A stretch of 33,029 nt of DNA. It comes from Octopus bimaculoides. Taxonomy: Eukaryota. Location of the stretch: NCBI RefSeq assembly GCF_001194135.2, contig NC_069004.1:27428209-27461237 (forward strand). The letters are read 5' to 3'. How positions within the stretch are numbered: position 1 is the first letter of the stretch; each line of letters begins with the position of its first letter. The position numbers were made by a program, and so were the translations under genes. This document shows, in pieces, positions 31,990 to 33,029 of this stretch. The notes below the pieces were generated by a model. It was not told the DNA's origin, ran no database searches, and worked only from the letters and a program-made list of their open reading frames with translations.

Positions 31990-32200
31990 ACAGAGCTGGT
32001 AGAATCGTTAGCATGTCGGACAAAATGCTTAGCGGCTTTCGTTCTGGCTCTTTATGTTATGAGTTGAAATACCTCCGAGATTAACCTCGTCTTTCATGTC
32101 ACCGAAGTCGATAAAACAAAACATCAGTCAAGCACTGGCGTCGGTGGTATTCACTACTCTACCGACTAAAATTTGCCGGTCTTGATTCTAGATCTGAAAA
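31990..32200 (+). mobile_element. SINE family B, diverged
   Basis: gagctggtagaatcgttagcatgtcggacaaaatgcttagcgg...gtcgataaaa...aagcactgg...aaaatttgccggtcttg. Confidence 0.8.
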
Positions 32201-32257
32201 CTGTTATTTTTCCATACATATGTTGCGTTAAAAAAAAAAAAACACAGACTACAATAC

Positions 32258-32600
32258 AATACGTACATACATACATACATACATACATGCATACATACAT
32301 ACATATACACATACATACATACATACATACATATATACATACATACATACATACAAGAAACAACGGACAAAAAAGGGCATCATTAACAAAGCAGTCATGT
32401 GTGTGTGTGTGTATGCATGTATGTAATGTATGTATGAATGTATGTATGTATATACATATATATATATATATATATATACATACACACATACACACATTCA
32501 CACAAACACACGCCAACGCACACACTCATTTGTAAATACATATACATATATATATATATTTATTTATTTATATACATATATGTCTGTAAGTATGTATGTG

Positions 32601-32661
<61 letters not shown>

Positions 32662-32680
32662 ATGTATGTATGTATGTATG
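32258..32680 (+). repeat. Compound TACA/TA/TG/TATG microsatellites
   Basis: Direct simple repeats. Confidence 0.93.
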
Positions 32681-33029
32681 TATCCTCGTTCAGGTCTAAC
32701 GACCTTCCATGTTTGTTTTCCTTTGGTTTCCCCTGTATGTCTCCACTGTCCTGTTTTTGTTCCTAACTTTGACCCTCCATAAATCCCAAAATTTTATTTT
32801 GGTATTTATGGAAGCAACTGTCTTCGAAGACTCATATTGTCGTTGATTGCTCGAAATGGGGAATGGACAAACAGCCGACAACTGATGAAGGGTCATTCTT
32901 TGTATTACTTTTCCTTTTCTTTCTCTCGTTATTTGCATATTTAACTCATTTGTTTCCATATTTCATGCTGTTTACTGTTGGTGACATCCTGTATCCATAT
33001 ATACATATATATATATATATATTATATAT

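Noticed and set aside
32883-32930. CUGAUGA in a repeat-like segment at 32680-33000
   Set aside because: There is no stem II or downstream GAAA.
1598-33029. The many long ORFs in the track (poly-YI, HT, CV, poly-E, poly-S and X-rich)
   Set aside because: They are translations of TA, CA, TACA and trinucleotide microsatellites or read through N-gaps; there is no protein-family signal.

Overview
This is AT-rich, repeat-saturated animal genomic DNA from a gapped assembly: 11 N-runs, about 4.6 kb in total, nearly all flanked by simple repeats. The SINE repertoire and (TA/CA/TACA/GAA)n density resemble an octopus (coleoid cephalopod) genome; this is my recognition, not a search result. I found no convincing host protein-coding exon, true tRNA, rRNA or CRISPR array, and almost every ORF in the track is a microsatellite or N-gap artefact. 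What can be supported: several tRNA-derived SINE families with shared modules, four decayed fragments of an R4/Dong-like (RLE) LINE, an APE-endonuclease LINE fragment, two mariner transposase 3' remnants, a mariner-type MITE, hAT-like ends, minisatellites and an unclassified three-copy repeat. The most notable locus is about 25.7-26.45 kb. There a Penelope-like GIY-YIG fragment is bracketed by three minimal type-I hammerhead ribozyme motifs, two of which form a 59-bp inverted repeat that puts a hammerhead on each strand. A perfect 27-bp-stem hairpin at 6324-6385 and several inverted SINE pairs (possible dsRNA/A-to-I editing substrates) also merit checking. All alignments and folds were done by eye.
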